A DNA stretch of 64,000 nt, taken from NCBI GenBank assembly GCA_949840955.1, contig CATKXV010000004.1:63804-127803 (forward strand), in the 5' to 3' direction. This DNA is from an uncultured Anaeroplasmataceae bacterium. GTDB taxonomy: Bacteria; Bacillota_I; Bacilli_A; Acholeplasmatales; Anaeroplasmataceae. The position numbers were made by a program, and so were the translations under genes. This document shows, piece after piece, positions 8,258 to 17,986 of this stretch. Every line of letters starts with the position of its first letter. The stretch's first letter is position 1. The notes beneath the pieces were generated by a model. That model saw only the letters and a list, made by a program, of their open reading frames with translations. It made no database searches and was not told the origin of the DNA.

Positions 8258-11200
8258 TTAACACTCTATCACATTTTTCAAAATAAGTTGATTCTGTTTT
8301 GTTTTTTCGTCTATACGCATAGTATACTCTATCACATAAAGCCTACCCTGCTTGATTTTTCCGATATATCTTTTATATTCTTGTGGGAAAAGTACAAAGT
8401 TCATGGATTGAATGCTATCATGAAATGATCCAACAAGCATAGGTTCTTTTTTCTTTGTCATAATTTCTTTTAGCGTTTCAAATGCTCCAATAGAACGACC
8501 TGTTCTCTTTTCTAAAAAGGCTGCATGATATTGCTGCTGATATTTGGAGAGATTTTGGTAAATATCATAGCTAATATTAAAGCCCAAATAGAAAAGCTCC
8601 TGTTGCTGCAAAAAAGAAAATTCATACTCTTGCTCTTCTTCTATTTTATCCTCTAAATGTCTAGCAAAAATTTCATTTATTGAATCCTTGGCATCAATCA
8701 TTTTTCGTTTTGTCAGCCCAAAGACATCTAACGCTCCACTGAAAATGAGAGCCTCTAATACAGACTGATTTACCTTTGTACGCTCCTTAAAATCCTGAAA
8801 AGATTGATAAAGACCATTTTTCTCTCTTTCCTTCACAATATCTAATGTAATTGACTCTCCAATAGAATGAATTGCTTGTAAAGGCATAAAAAGCCCCAAT
8901 TGATTTACCTCAAATCGGTTCGTTGAAATATTCACATTGGGCTTATAGGTTCTAACCTGATGTGCTTTAGCATATCGAATGTAGCTTACCATGGTTTTGG
9001 TAGCCCCAATCACATTATTTAATATTTTAGAAATAAATATCGTGAAATAATTGGCTTTAAAATATGCCATTTGATAAGATACAAGTCCATATGCTACAGC
9101 ATGAGATTTATTGAAGCCATAATTATTAAATTTCAAAAAATAATCATAAATATGTTTGGCAACCTCTAAAGAGTACCCATTTCTTATAGCTCCCTGGATA
9201 AAAGCCTCCTTCTGAGCTATCAGCTGCTTTTCATCCTTTTTCGATATAGCTCGTCGCAACAAATCCGCCTGCCCTAAGGTAAAGCCTGCAAAGCTTTGTG
9301 CAATTTGCATAATTTGCTCTTGATAAACAATAATTCCATAGGTGCTTTTTAAAATGGGCTCCAGTACAGGATGCTCATAAGAAAATCTTTTTCCATGCCT
9401 TCTAGCAATAAATTCATCTATATTATCCATTGGACCTGGTCTATATAATGCCAAAACAGCGACCAAATCCTCAAAGCGTTCAGGCTTTAAATTCAATAAT
9501 ACACGTCGAATTCCATCTGATTCTAGCTGAAAAACCCCCAGTGTATCTGCTCTTTGTAACAGTTCATAGGTTTTCATATCATTTAAAGGAATCTCTCTAA
9601 GCCTATCCATTGAAAAGTTTGGAATGTTTTTCATAACCTCCTCAATAATAGTTAAATTTCGTATTCCTAAAAAATCCATTTTAAGAAGTCCTATTTTTTC
9701 TAAATCAATGGCCTCTAGCTGAGATTGATAAAGCCCATTTAGCCCTTCCTGTAATGGAATAATATCATCTAAGGGTGTTGAACAAATTATGATACCTGCG
9801 GCATGAGTAGATATATGTCTTGGCAATCCATCTAAGCCTCGAATAATATATAAAAACTCATACATATCAGGTCTAGAAGTAAATTGCTTCAAAAGCTCGT
9901 CATAGTTTGTATTTGCTTCCACCATTCTTATGATTTCATTTAACCGGTGATTCTCTATTTTTCGAATACGTCCCAAATCTCTTATTGAGGATTTGATTTG
10001 AAAGGTATTAAACGCAGAAATATAACAAACATGCTTAGCTCCATATAATTCATAAACATATTGTATAACCTCATCTCTGCTCGTATCGGGAAAATCAGTA
10101 TCAATATCTGGCATGCTTATACGTTCTGGATTCAAAAAGCGCTCAAATAATAAATCATACTTTAAAGGATCAATTTCTGTAATTCCTAAGCAGTAGGCAA
10201 CAAGTGACCCAGCTCCAGACCCTCTTCCAGGACCAACCAATATATTCTTCTTCTTTGCATATCTTATAAAATCCCATACGATTAAAAAATAATCACTATA
10301 TCCCATTTTGTGTATAACGGATAGCTCATAATTTAATCTTTTTTCATATTCAGCTGTAACATTTCCTTTTTGTCTTCGATATAAGCCTTTCTTACAAAGT
10401 GAGGAAAGATATTCAATTGCTGTAGCACCTTTTGTATTTGGATAAGCAGGTAAATAAAATTGCTTAGGATATAAATTCAATTGAACCCGATTGACAAAGG
10501 CGATAACTTCATTGGTAAGAATGGGGTCACAATCAAAGCTGTAATCCTCATAGTCTTTCAACTCTACAGGCTTTCCATAAATCTGCGTCAATGCTTCATA
10601 GACGATAGAATCCTCCTCTATCAAATATCTACAATTGTGTAAAGGAATCGTTCTTATTCCTAAATTTTGAGCATACACCCGTATTTCTTGATTGGCATTT
10701 AAACGATCCAAACGGTTTGTATAGGAATATCCAATATAAAAATCAAAGAACTGATTGCATTGAATAAGCTTACGATTTAATTCATCAAAGGCCTTGGAAT
10801 AGTGATAACGCTCAAGGATGGAATCATTATATACCATTATAAAAGCAATTCCATTTTTATATGGCGCTAAAAAGTCCAATCCATAGGGTTGTTCATTTGT
10901 AGCCAAATAGGTACTTATTTTTAAAAGATTTTTATATCCATCCTCATTTAATGCGTAGGCTAATAGCTTAGAAATAAAGCTATCCTCATCCATATAGGAA
11001 ATTTCTATTCCAATGATAGGCTTTAATTCATTTTTAATGCATTCTTGATAAAATTTGTAGCTTCCATATAAGGATTTATCTGTCATAGAAAGAAAGGTGA
11101 AGTTTGATTTTTTAGCCATTTGAATATAATCCTTTAAATGGATTGAATTATTCAACAGATTATATTCTGTTTGTCCATATAAGAAACCCTTCATAGCCAT
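8258..11200 (-). CDS. dnaE: DNA polymerase III alpha subunit, DnaE type
   Basis: About 980 aa with an N-terminal PHP domain. Motifs GPGRGSGAGSLVAYCLGIT, PDIDTDF and HAAG. The track start at 11203 is GTG. ATGs at 11200 and 11194 follow AGGAAAGG. Confidence 0.93.
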   Translation of the reverse strand: MAMKGFLYGQTEYNLLNNSIHLKDYIQMAKKSNFTFLSMTDKSLYGSYKFYQECIKNELKPIIGIEISYMDEDSFISKLLAYALNEDGYKNLLKISTYLATNEQPYGLDFLAPYKNGIAFIMVYNDSILERYHYSKAFDELNRKLIQCNQFFDFYIGYSYTNRLDRLNANQEIRVYAQNLGIRTIPLHNCRYLIEEDSIVYEALTQIYGKPVELKDYEDYSFDCDPILTNEVIAFVNRVQLNLYPKQFYLPAYPNTKGATAIEYLSSLCKKGLYRRQKGNVTAEYEKRLNYELSVIHKMGYSDYFLIVWDFIRYAKKKNILVGPGRGSGAGSLVAYCLGITEIDPLKYDLLFERFLNPERISMPDIDTDFPDTSRDEVIQYVYELYGAKHVCYISAFNTFQIKSSIRDLGRIRKIENHRLNEIIRMVEANTNYDELLKQFTSRPDMYEFLYIIRGLDGLPRHISTHAAGIIICSTPLDDIIPLQEGLNGLYQSQLEAIDLEKIGLLKMDFLGIRNLTIIEEVMKNIPNFSMDRLREIPLNDMKTYELLQRADTLGVFQLESDGIRRVLLNLKPERFEDLVAVLALYRPGPMDNIDEFIARRHGKRFSYEHPVLEPILKSTYGIIVYQEQIMQIAQSFAGFTLGQADLLRRAISKKDEKQLIAQKEAFIQGAIRNGYSLEVAKHIYDYFLKFNNYGFNKSHAVAYGLVSYQMAYFKANYFTIFISKILNNVIGATKTMVSYIRYAKAHQVRTYKPNVNISTNRFEVNQLGLFMPLQAIHSIGESITLDIVKEREKNGLYQSFQDFKERTKVNQSVLEALIFSGALDVFGLTKRKMIDAKDSINEIFARHLEDKIEEEQEYEFSFLQQQELFYLGFNISYDIYQNLSKYQQQYHAAFLEKRTGRSIGAFETLKEIMTKKKEPMLVGSFHDSIQSMNFVLFPQEYKRYIGKIKQGRLYVIEYTMRIDEKTKQNQLILKNVIEC

Positions 11201-11227
11201 CACCTTTCCTAAGCTTCGTCTCTTATA

Positions 11228-12667
11228 TTATAGTTGATTTTCCTCTTTATTGCAATTTCTCTTTTTCTTTATATAAATAAATCCAATCATTCCAGCAATA
11301 ATTATAGCCCCACCAACTAAAATGGGAATAAAAAAGCTACTTTGCGCCTCCTCAATGGCTGAAGAGGAATTAGAATATACTGTTACATATAATATTTCAC
11401 AAGATGATAAATTAGAGGAATTGGTTACAGTGACTTGAACTGGATAACACCCTTCCTTAGTCCAATCCACCAAGCTATCATCATATTCAATTTTTGAAGT
11501 AATATCAGAATCAGATAAATCCTTAGCTAGAATATGATCTGCCAAAGACACCTTTTCATTCACAAGCGTACTAACATTTTCAACGAGGAGTACAGGTGCC
11601 TGACTAGATAATAACTTTACCTCGCAGGTTTCACTTACACGCTTATCTTTTTTTTGATAGGAATAAATAACCTTGTAGCTTCCAACCTCATTTTTTAAAT
11701 TGCCATAATCAATTTCAACCAAATCCTTTATATTCTCTTTTCCCAAGGTCGCATTTTTTATATTTTCTTGGATTGCAGCTTTAAAATCCTTTTTATAATC
11801 TAATACTAAGCAGGATTGATAAAGCTCAAGATGAATTTCATCCTCATCAACAATATCTATCCATACATTCATCCGAGATACATTTCCATTTTTATCCGAA
11901 AAGGAAACCTCTAATTCAAAGCTTTGTTCTATATTAGAATCAAAAGGGGAATACGAAATGGAAGAGGTCACATCACCATCAATTGTATCGATTGCCTTAA
12001 AATAGGATTGAAGCTTGAAAGGCTCTCCTTTGATCAGTCGGATTCGATTATTTTCTCCTAAAAATTTTATAAGAGGTCCTATGGGATCCTTGACAATAAC
12101 TCGAATGGGCTGTTCCACAATAAAGCTTCCATCAGAGGCTCTAGCCATTGCTTCATACTCTCCTGGAATTTCATAATTTACTAAAGAATCATCTATACTG
12201 ACCTTACAATCTCCACTATTATCTACAGCAATAATCTGAGTTAAATAGTCTGGCTTATCTCCACTGATCCAATGTATAATTTCCTTAGGATATGCTTCAA
12301 AAATAGGAGGCTCCTTATCTACAACATTAAATGTAATTAACGCTTTATAGCCTTGACATTGCCCAGGCTTATATTTATTTTCTACTGCCTTATACCATAC
12401 TTGATAGCTTCCTTTCTTCTGTGTGTCTACATCTGTTAAAAGATATAGCCAATCTCCAGTTGAGGAATAGCTAATATCCGCATCCTGTAAAGGCATTCCA
12501 TCTTTATATAGCATTGCTTTAGGAATGGATATATAGTTTTGGAGATTTCCCCCTAAGGGAATTTCTATCGTGGTCGTGGTCTCATCCCACATAAATTTCC
12601 AACTTGCTGCTGAAGTATTTAAGGCTATACAAAAGAATAAGAGTAAAGGAAGCATTATTTTTTTCAT
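11228..12667 (-). CDS. secreted, C-terminally membrane-anchored protein with repeated bacterial Ig-like (DUF5011/HYR-like) domains
   Basis: Signal peptide MKKIMLPLLLFFCIALNTSA-AS. Repeated modules of about 90 aa follow the pattern D..PP...G......A.D..DG.....V......G.Y. C-terminal TM IPILVGGAIIIAGMIGFIYI followed by KKKR. Confidence 0.65.
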   Translation of the reverse strand: MKKIMLPLLLFFCIALNTSAASWKFMWDETTTTIEIPLGGNLQNYISIPKAMLYKDGMPLQDADISYSSTGDWLYLLTDVDTQKKGSYQVWYKAVENKYKPGQCQGYKALITFNVVDKEPPIFEAYPKEIIHWISGDKPDYLTQIIAVDNSGDCKVSIDDSLVNYEIPGEYEAMARASDGSFIVEQPIRVIVKDPIGPLIKFLGENNRIRLIKGEPFKLQSYFKAIDTIDGDVTSSISYSPFDSNIEQSFELEVSFSDKNGNVSRMNVWIDIVDEDEIHLELYQSCLVLDYKKDFKAAIQENIKNATLGKENIKDLVEIDYGNLKNEVGSYKVIYSYQKKDKRVSETCEVKLLSSQAPVLLVENVSTLVNEKVSLADHILAKDLSDSDITSKIEYDDSLVDWTKEGCYPVQVTVTNSSNLSSCEILYVTVYSNSSSAIEEAQSSFFIPILVGGAIIIAGMIGFIYIKKKRNCNKEENQL

Positions 12668-13848
12668 TCTACCATACCTCCATTCAATGCCTCATAGGCT
12701 TTACAGAAGCTTTTATATCTCCCAAATTTCGTGCTGATTCGACAAAACTCTTTTAAAAAAAAGGATTTATCTAAATAGCTATTGGTTTGGATAATATTTG
12801 GAATAATCACATCCACCAATTCTTTGTATCGCTCTTGATCATCACTCAGTGTATAATAGCTCGCAATATTATAGCTATAATCACAAAGGTAAATACAATT
12901 TTTATTATGCTTTAAAAAGGTTTTAAAGTATTCCTTTGGCTCATACATGTGAATATATAGTAATTCTGCAAAGGGTCTTAAGCTAGAATAGTATTCCTTC
13001 TTTTTTAAGCTATGGTTCATCAAATCATAAAAAAATTCTAGTGTCTTCTTATATTCCTCTGTCTGAATGCATTTCATTTCTAAAACTGCATGATCCATCA
13101 TAGAATTATATATCATATAAAGACATTGGAGATATCTGACATAGTCTGCTTTTCCATATTCAGAATTTTTTAAAAAGAGATCTAAAAGCTTTTGACTATG
13201 AAGTAGGGTCATGGGATTATTTACCTTTACATAGCATTCTAAGCATAAAATTGAGGCAATTTTTCCCAAGGTTTCCTCTAAAATATAAGAATTGCTCAAA
13301 TGCTTTAAATTATCCAGCGTTTCTAAATAGCCCTCCTCATAGAATTTCAAAATGGAATAATAGACAATAAAAATACTTAACTCATCATCTAGCATTTCGC
13401 TTGTTATTTTAAAAAGCTCCTGTGAAACCACATTTGCTTCTTCTAATTTATAAAAGGCTATATAATAAATTAAAAAGATGAGCTTTGTTCGGTAATTATC
13501 AAACGCCTTACAATCCTCATAGACCTTTTTTATTTCACTATATTTTTTATAATAATATAGCTTTACTGTTTTTAGTAATAAGCTTTTTAACTCAAATAGC
13601 AGCTGTAGCTTAGGAGAATCCACATTTAATTTTTTACATATTTCATTTAGCATATATCGGTTTGGCTTTAATTGAGCCTTTTCTACCTTGCATAAATAGG
13701 AAACAGAGCACAAATCCCCTGCTACAGACGATAGTGTTTGAGACTGACTAGTACGAACCCTTTTAAGCTCTGTACCTATCATGGTATACGCATTATTATC
13801 TTCCTTTACTCGCCGTTTGATTTCATCAAAAAATATATTTCTTTTCAT
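12664..13848 (-). CDS. XRE-family HTH regulator with long helical-repeat (TPR-like) C-terminal domain
   Basis: The N-terminal 60 aa show an HTH_XRE pattern (IGTELKRVRTSQSQTLSSVAGDLCSVSYLCKVEKAQ). About 320 aa of helical repeats follow, an RRNPP/Rgg-like architecture. Its stop overlaps the start of the next gene by 4 nt. Confidence 0.65.
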   Translation of the reverse strand: MKRNIFFDEIKRRVKEDNNAYTMIGTELKRVRTSQSQTLSSVAGDLCSVSYLCKVEKAQLKPNRYMLNEICKKLNVDSPKLQLLFELKSLLLKTVKLYYYKKYSEIKKVYEDCKAFDNYRTKLIFLIYYIAFYKLEEANVVSQELFKITSEMLDDELSIFIVYYSILKFYEEGYLETLDNLKHLSNSYILEETLGKIASILCLECYVKVNNPMTLLHSQKLLDLFLKNSEYGKADYVRYLQCLYMIYNSMMDHAVLEMKCIQTEEYKKTLEFFYDLMNHSLKKKEYYSSLRPFAELLYIHMYEPKEYFKTFLKHNKNCIYLCDYSYNIASYYTLSDDQERYKELVDVIIPNIIQTNSYLDKSFFLKEFCRISTKFGRYKSFCKAYEALNGGMVE

Positions 13849-13959
13849 TTCCCTTCTCCTGTTTTACCCATTTTTTTAGCATTTATATTATATATGGAAA
13901 AGAAAAAGAAGAAAAGAAAAAAATGTTTGATAAAATATTGTCCAAAAAACGGAGAAATT

Positions 13960-14133
13960 CTATTTATAAAGAAGAAAACAAGAAAAAGAGTAAATTTGTT
14001 CTCCATTTATTGCAAAATGGCTCGTTTGATAGCTTATATTCTTTATTTCTATTTTGGGATGCTCTGAAAAAAATTTATTCAAAGCCTCCTCCAAATCTGC
14101 CTCATGCTCAAAATCAAATAATTTTACCTTCAT
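13960..14133 (-). CDS. Cse60-like small sporulation protein
   Basis: MKVKLFDFEHEADLEEALNKFF...EQIYSFSCFLLYK matches my memory of the 60-aa B. subtilis Cse60/YteV pattern (KV.FD.EHE.DLE..N.F...EQIY.FS...Y). The ATG at 14131-14133 is preferred over the track start. Confidence 0.6.
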   Translation of the reverse strand: MKVKLFDFEHEADLEEALNKFFSEHPKIEIKNISYQTSHFAINGEQIYSFSCFLLYK

Positions 14134-14168
14134 AACAATCACCCTATAAAATATAGCATAGGAAATAA

Positions 14169-14195
14169 CAAAAAAAAGTAGAAATTTCTTCTACT
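14169..14195 (-). terminator. Rho-independent terminator after nth
   Basis: AGTAGAA (14177-14183) pairs with TTCTACT (14189-14195). The minus strand then has a run of 8 T. Confidence 0.65.
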
Positions 14196-14203
14196 TCCTT
14201 CTT

Positions 14204-14842
14204 TTATTTTGAAATCGTATTAAAATGCTTACAATATTCTTTCAGATTGCATGTATCACATTCAGGATGAATTGCTTTACAATGATATCTTCCAAATAAT
14301 AAAAGTAAGTGATGGGCCTCAATCCATTGTTCCTCTGGAATATATTTTCTATAGGCCTGCTCCGCATCTATTACTGTAGCATTCTGCTCCACATATCCAA
14401 ATCGTTTAGCCATTCGCTCTAAATGAGTATCTACTGGCATAGCAGGTATTTTATACCCTTCTGCTAATATCACACTCGCGGTTTTCCTTCCAACCCCACT
14501 CAGGCTTTGGAGATCTTCTAAATTTTGAGGAACAATATCATGGAAAACCGTATGAAGTCGATCCGCCATTGAAATCAAATTTTTAGCCTTGTTCCTTGCA
14601 AAGCCTAAGGATTGTATGATGGCATAAACATCCTCATATTTGGCTATAGATAATGCCTCAGGTGTTGGATACTTTTCAAACAAGGCTGGGGTAACCTGAT
14701 TCACCCTTTTATCTGTTGTTTGACTGGAAATCATAACTGCACATACCAATTCATATAGATTCCTATAGTTCAACTCGCATTTTGGGTTGGGAATAATCTT
14801 TTTAATTCGTTTTAAAATTTCATTTGATACTTCCTGGTTCAT
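14204..14842 (-). CDS. nth: endonuclease III
   Basis: HhH-GPD motif LQSLSGVGRKTASVIL and a 4Fe-4S ligand pattern C-X6-C-X2-C-X5-C (CKAIHPECDTCNLKEYC). Confidence 0.93.
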   Translation of the reverse strand: MNQEVSNEILKRIKKIIPNPKCELNYRNLYELVCAVMISSQTTDKRVNQVTPALFEKYPTPEALSIAKYEDVYAIIQSLGFARNKAKNLISMADRLHTVFHDIVPQNLEDLQSLSGVGRKTASVILAEGYKIPAMPVDTHLERMAKRFGYVEQNATVIDAEQAYRKYIPEEQWIEAHHLLLLFGRYHCKAIHPECDTCNLKEYCKHFNTISK

Positions 14843-14844
14843 GG

Positions 14845-15444
14845 TTAAATCCTCTTGACAAAATCCTTAAAGGTGGCAGGAGCCTCCTTCGTTGGCTTCA
14901 CATCATACCTTTTGTTTGCTAAGGTAGAAGTAAGAGTACGCATAGATAATACTCGATTGGAGGATAGAATCGCATCAATTGCCATTGCAATTTGATCATA
15001 GGTATACCGGTCCTCTACCATAAGTCCTTGCAAGATTTCTAATTCAGAAGCCGTAAGAACTCGATTGAGCTTGGCCGTTAAATATTGATTTGCCTTTTCT
15101 ATATCATACATATCCATATCAGTCTTTTGAGCGATAAGCATCTCAATTTTTTCAAACAAGGGAGCAAAGGAAATACATTCCATGCCTTTCCCATTGTCAT
15201 AGGATAAATAAACCTCATAATAGCCACGCTCCATTAAAGAGGCAACCACCTTGTCCAGCCTAGAAGGGGTAATTAGAAGCTGTTCTACTATGTTGGAAAT
15301 GGATATGGTTTGAGTAACTAAATAATTCTTTAAAATTTGGATCAATATAAAGCCCTCTTCTGCATTCAAGCCTAAGGCTTTCCCATAATCCAATATCAGG
15401 TGCTCATAATTTAAATATCCCTTTTTATATAATGTCTCTAACAT
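14845..15444 (-). CDS. dnaD: DnaD-domain replication initiation / membrane attachment protein
   Basis: 199-aa ORF with a C-terminal DnaD-like repeat (LTASELEILQGLMVEDRYTYDQIAMAID). It lies directly upstream of nth, as dnaD-nth does in B. subtilis. Confidence 0.7.
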   Translation of the reverse strand: MLETLYKKGYLNYEHLILDYGKALGLNAEEGFILIQILKNYLVTQTISISNIVEQLLITPSRLDKVVASLMERGYYEVYLSYDNGKGMECISFAPLFEKIEMLIAQKTDMDMYDIEKANQYLTAKLNRVLTASELEILQGLMVEDRYTYDQIAMAIDAILSSNRVLSMRTLTSTLANKRYDVKPTKEAPATFKDFVKRI

Positions 15445-15450
15445 ATGATA

Positions 15451-16080
15451 TCAACTCCTAAGTACGTTTCTTAATTCCTCATCAAATCCTGTTAAAAAGG
15501 CTTTTTTATTAAGTATTTCATGGCGCAAAAATATTCGTTCATCTAAAGAAGAAAAGATAATTTCATGTATGGCAGGTGCTTGATTCAATCGTAAGGATTG
15601 AATTTTTTCTTCGGGGATATGTAACGATTTTGCCAAAACCTTGGCTGTTCCACTAGGTGCATCCTTTTTAGATGTGGCATGAATCTCAACAAAATCTAAT
15701 ATTTCATATTCCTTATGACATTCCTCTAATAATCTCGTAAATAAGGTTATCCCCTTTGCATAATTGGCTTTCCATATGAAACAAACATTTTTTTCTTTTG
15801 CTCGTTCGTAAAGTGCATCAATCTGTTCAAAGCTGTAGCCTGTTGTTCCACTTAAAATAGGACAGCCAAGCTCCATTGCAGCTTCAAGAATAGAAAAAGC
15901 TTCTGGAGAGGAAAAATCTACAATGATATCTGTTTTCCCCTTGATTTCCTCTATGCTTTGATATGTTTCTACACTTGGGTGGTTCATATAATCAATACCT
16001 ACGATATCAAATTCTTCCTTATATCGTTCATAAATCTGATTCCCCATCCTACCACTTATACCGATAATTATCATTTGCAT
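15451..16080 (-). CDS. dapB: 4-hydroxy-tetrahydrodipicolinate reductase-like protein (short form)
   Basis: GISGRMG nucleotide-binding N-terminus, GTTG, and EIHATSKKDAPSGTA (compare E.HH..K.DAPSGTA). It is about 55 aa shorter than typical DapB. Start is uncertain: GTG 16089, ATG 16086, 16080 or 16074. Confidence 0.6.
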   Translation of the reverse strand: MQMIIIGISGRMGNQIYERYKEEFDIVGIDYMNHPSVETYQSIEEIKGKTDIIVDFSSPEAFSILEAAMELGCPILSGTTGYSFEQIDALYERAKEKNVCFIWKANYAKGITLFTRLLEECHKEYEILDFVEIHATSKKDAPSGTAKVLAKSLHIPEEKIQSLRLNQAPAIHEIIFSSLDERIFLRHEILNKKAFLTGFDEELRNVLRS

Positions 16081-16110
16081 ATACATCACCGTTTTATTAT
16101 ATGATGTATA

Positions 16111-16776
16111 TTAGCTTCTTGCTTCCTTCTTTAACGCTTCCTTTGCAGCATTTTGTTCTGCTTCTTTTTTTGTTTTCCCTCTGCCGCGTCCCATTAAAAT
16201 CTCATCCATATATACAACAGCCTCATAGGTTTTATCATTGGCAGGTCCTTCCTCATGGACAATTTCATAATGAAGGGTTCGCTTATCTGCTTGAACCTTT
16301 TCCTGAAATGTAGACTTATAATCCTTTATTTTAAGTACAATTTCCTGATAAGGAAGTACAATTCGACTAAAAACTGGATAAACCTCTTCAAAGCTTGAAT
16401 CTAACAGAATTGCCCCTAGCATAGCCTCAAAAGCATCTGCAAGAATTGCAGGTCGCATTCGACCTCCACTATGCTCTTCTCCATTACCCAAGAATAAAAA
16501 ATCAGCTAGGTGAATTTTTTCTGCATATACGTTTAATGCTTCTTCACAGACACATTTTGCTCTAGTCTTGGATAAGATTCCTTCATCCAAATCCAAATTC
16601 AGATATAAATACTTAGACATACAAAGCTGTAAAACAGCATCCCCTAAATACTCTAAACGCTCATTGGATTTCATATGATGCTCATTAGCATAAGAGGAAT
16701 GTGTTAAAGCAAGACGTAACAAATCTAAGTTTCGAAAATGATATCCAATTCTATTTTCTAATTGGGATAATTCCAT
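16111..16776 (-). CDS. rnc: ribonuclease III
   Basis: RNase III signature NERLEYLGDAVL and a C-terminal dsRBD (GRGRGKTKKEAEQNAA). Confidence 0.95.
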   Translation of the reverse strand: MELSQLENRIGYHFRNLDLLRLALTHSSYANEHHMKSNERLEYLGDAVLQLCMSKYLYLNLDLDEGILSKTRAKCVCEEALNVYAEKIHLADFLFLGNGEEHSGGRMRPAILADAFEAMLGAILLDSSFEEVYPVFSRIVLPYQEIVLKIKDYKSTFQEKVQADKRTLHYEIVHEEGPANDKTYEAVVYMDEILMGRGRGKTKKEAEQNAAKEALKKEARS

Positions 16777-16928
16777 AAAACCATCTCCTATTCCATCTCT
16801 TCTACATCAAAATTTTTTTACCCAAGATTAAAGAATTCTTAGGATTTATGATAAAAATCAATCTTCAGGAGTCTACTTCTGCAAAGTCCTAAAGAACTAC
16901 AAATATAGACTGCTACAAGCCTATGTTT

Positions 16929-17933
16929 CTATTCATTTTCTTCTGTTTTTGGAAGCTTTTTTACCACCTTAGTAATGATATCTGCTTCTACAAGCTCACG
17001 ACTTAAACGAATTGCATGAAAGAAGGCTTGAGGATCCGAATTTCCATGAGCCTTAACAACAATTTTAGATAAGCCAAATAGCATGGCTCCTCCAACTTCC
17101 TTTGTACTCATTCTCTTTTTAAATCTGCGGAGATTCTTACGCATAAAGAAAGAACCAATTATACCACCTAAGGAAGAACGAATTTCCTCACGTAGCATAG
17201 CTGCCATACCCTTAGCTGTTCCCTCAATGGATTTTAAGCATATATTCCCTGAAAATCCATCCGTAACAACTACATCACAAGGGCAATGAATCATCTCTGT
17301 AGGCTCAACATTTCCATAAAAATGAATCCCTTCCATAGAGCTTAAATATTCATAGGCTTCCTTTTCTATTTCTCTTCCCTTGCCTGGTTCTGAGCCTATA
17401 TTCAATAGTCCAACCTTTGGATTTTTTATCTTTAACGTTTCCTCTGCAACAACAGATGCAAACAAGGCTAAGCTTCCCAAATGCTCCTTTTTCAACTCCA
17501 CATTTGCACCAACATCCAGCAATAATCGCGGATGTCCATCCATATTAGGTACAAAAGGACATAAAGCCACACGCTCCATTTGAGGAAGTCTACGTACTAA
17601 TAAATGGGCACCAACCACAACACACTGTGTAGGTCCACTTGTCACACAGGCATCTGCCTCACCATTTTTACAGGCCTTCATCGCTAAGCATAAAGAGGCA
17701 TCCCTTTGACTTCTTATAGCCTTGACTGGATCATGCTCCCCCATATCAATGGTTTGGTCTGTATGAACTATGGTTATTCTTGTTGGATCTGTTAACAAAG
17801 GCTTAATTTTGTTTTCATCACCATATAATATCAATTCCAAATCCTTAAATTTTTTAATGGCTAGCATACTACCTAAAACCGTAGTATCTACTCCATAATC
17901 TCCACCATTCGCATCTATTGCAATTTTAATCAT
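16929..17933 (-). CDS. plsX: phosphate acyltransferase PlsX
   Basis: 334-aa ORF beginning MIKIAIDANGGD, with PlsX-like length and sequence. Confidence 0.92.
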   Translation of the reverse strand: MIKIAIDANGGDYGVDTTVLGSMLAIKKFKDLELILYGDENKIKPLLTDPTRITIVHTDQTIDMGEHDPVKAIRSQRDASLCLAMKACKNGEADACVTSGPTQCVVVGAHLLVRRLPQMERVALCPFVPNMDGHPRLLLDVGANVELKKEHLGSLALFASVVAEETLKIKNPKVGLLNIGSEPGKGREIEKEAYEYLSSMEGIHFYGNVEPTEMIHCPCDVVVTDGFSGNICLKSIEGTAKGMAAMLREEIRSSLGGIIGSFFMRKNLRRFKKRMSTKEVGGAMLFGLSKIVVKAHGNSDPQAFFHAIRLSRELVEADIITKVVKKLPKTEENE

Positions 17934-17986
17934 ATTGAATCCTCCTAATTCATCACATTCATTTTAGCATTTTATAGTCATAAAAA

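Noticed and set aside
13896-13923. 28-nt pure purine tract (GGAAAAGAAAAAGAAGAAAAGAAAAAAA) between cse60 and the XRE regulator gene.
   Set aside because: It could in principle form triplex DNA or act as an UP element. However, it is simply an A-rich spacer in an AT-rich genome, and no mirror repeat or partner element was found.
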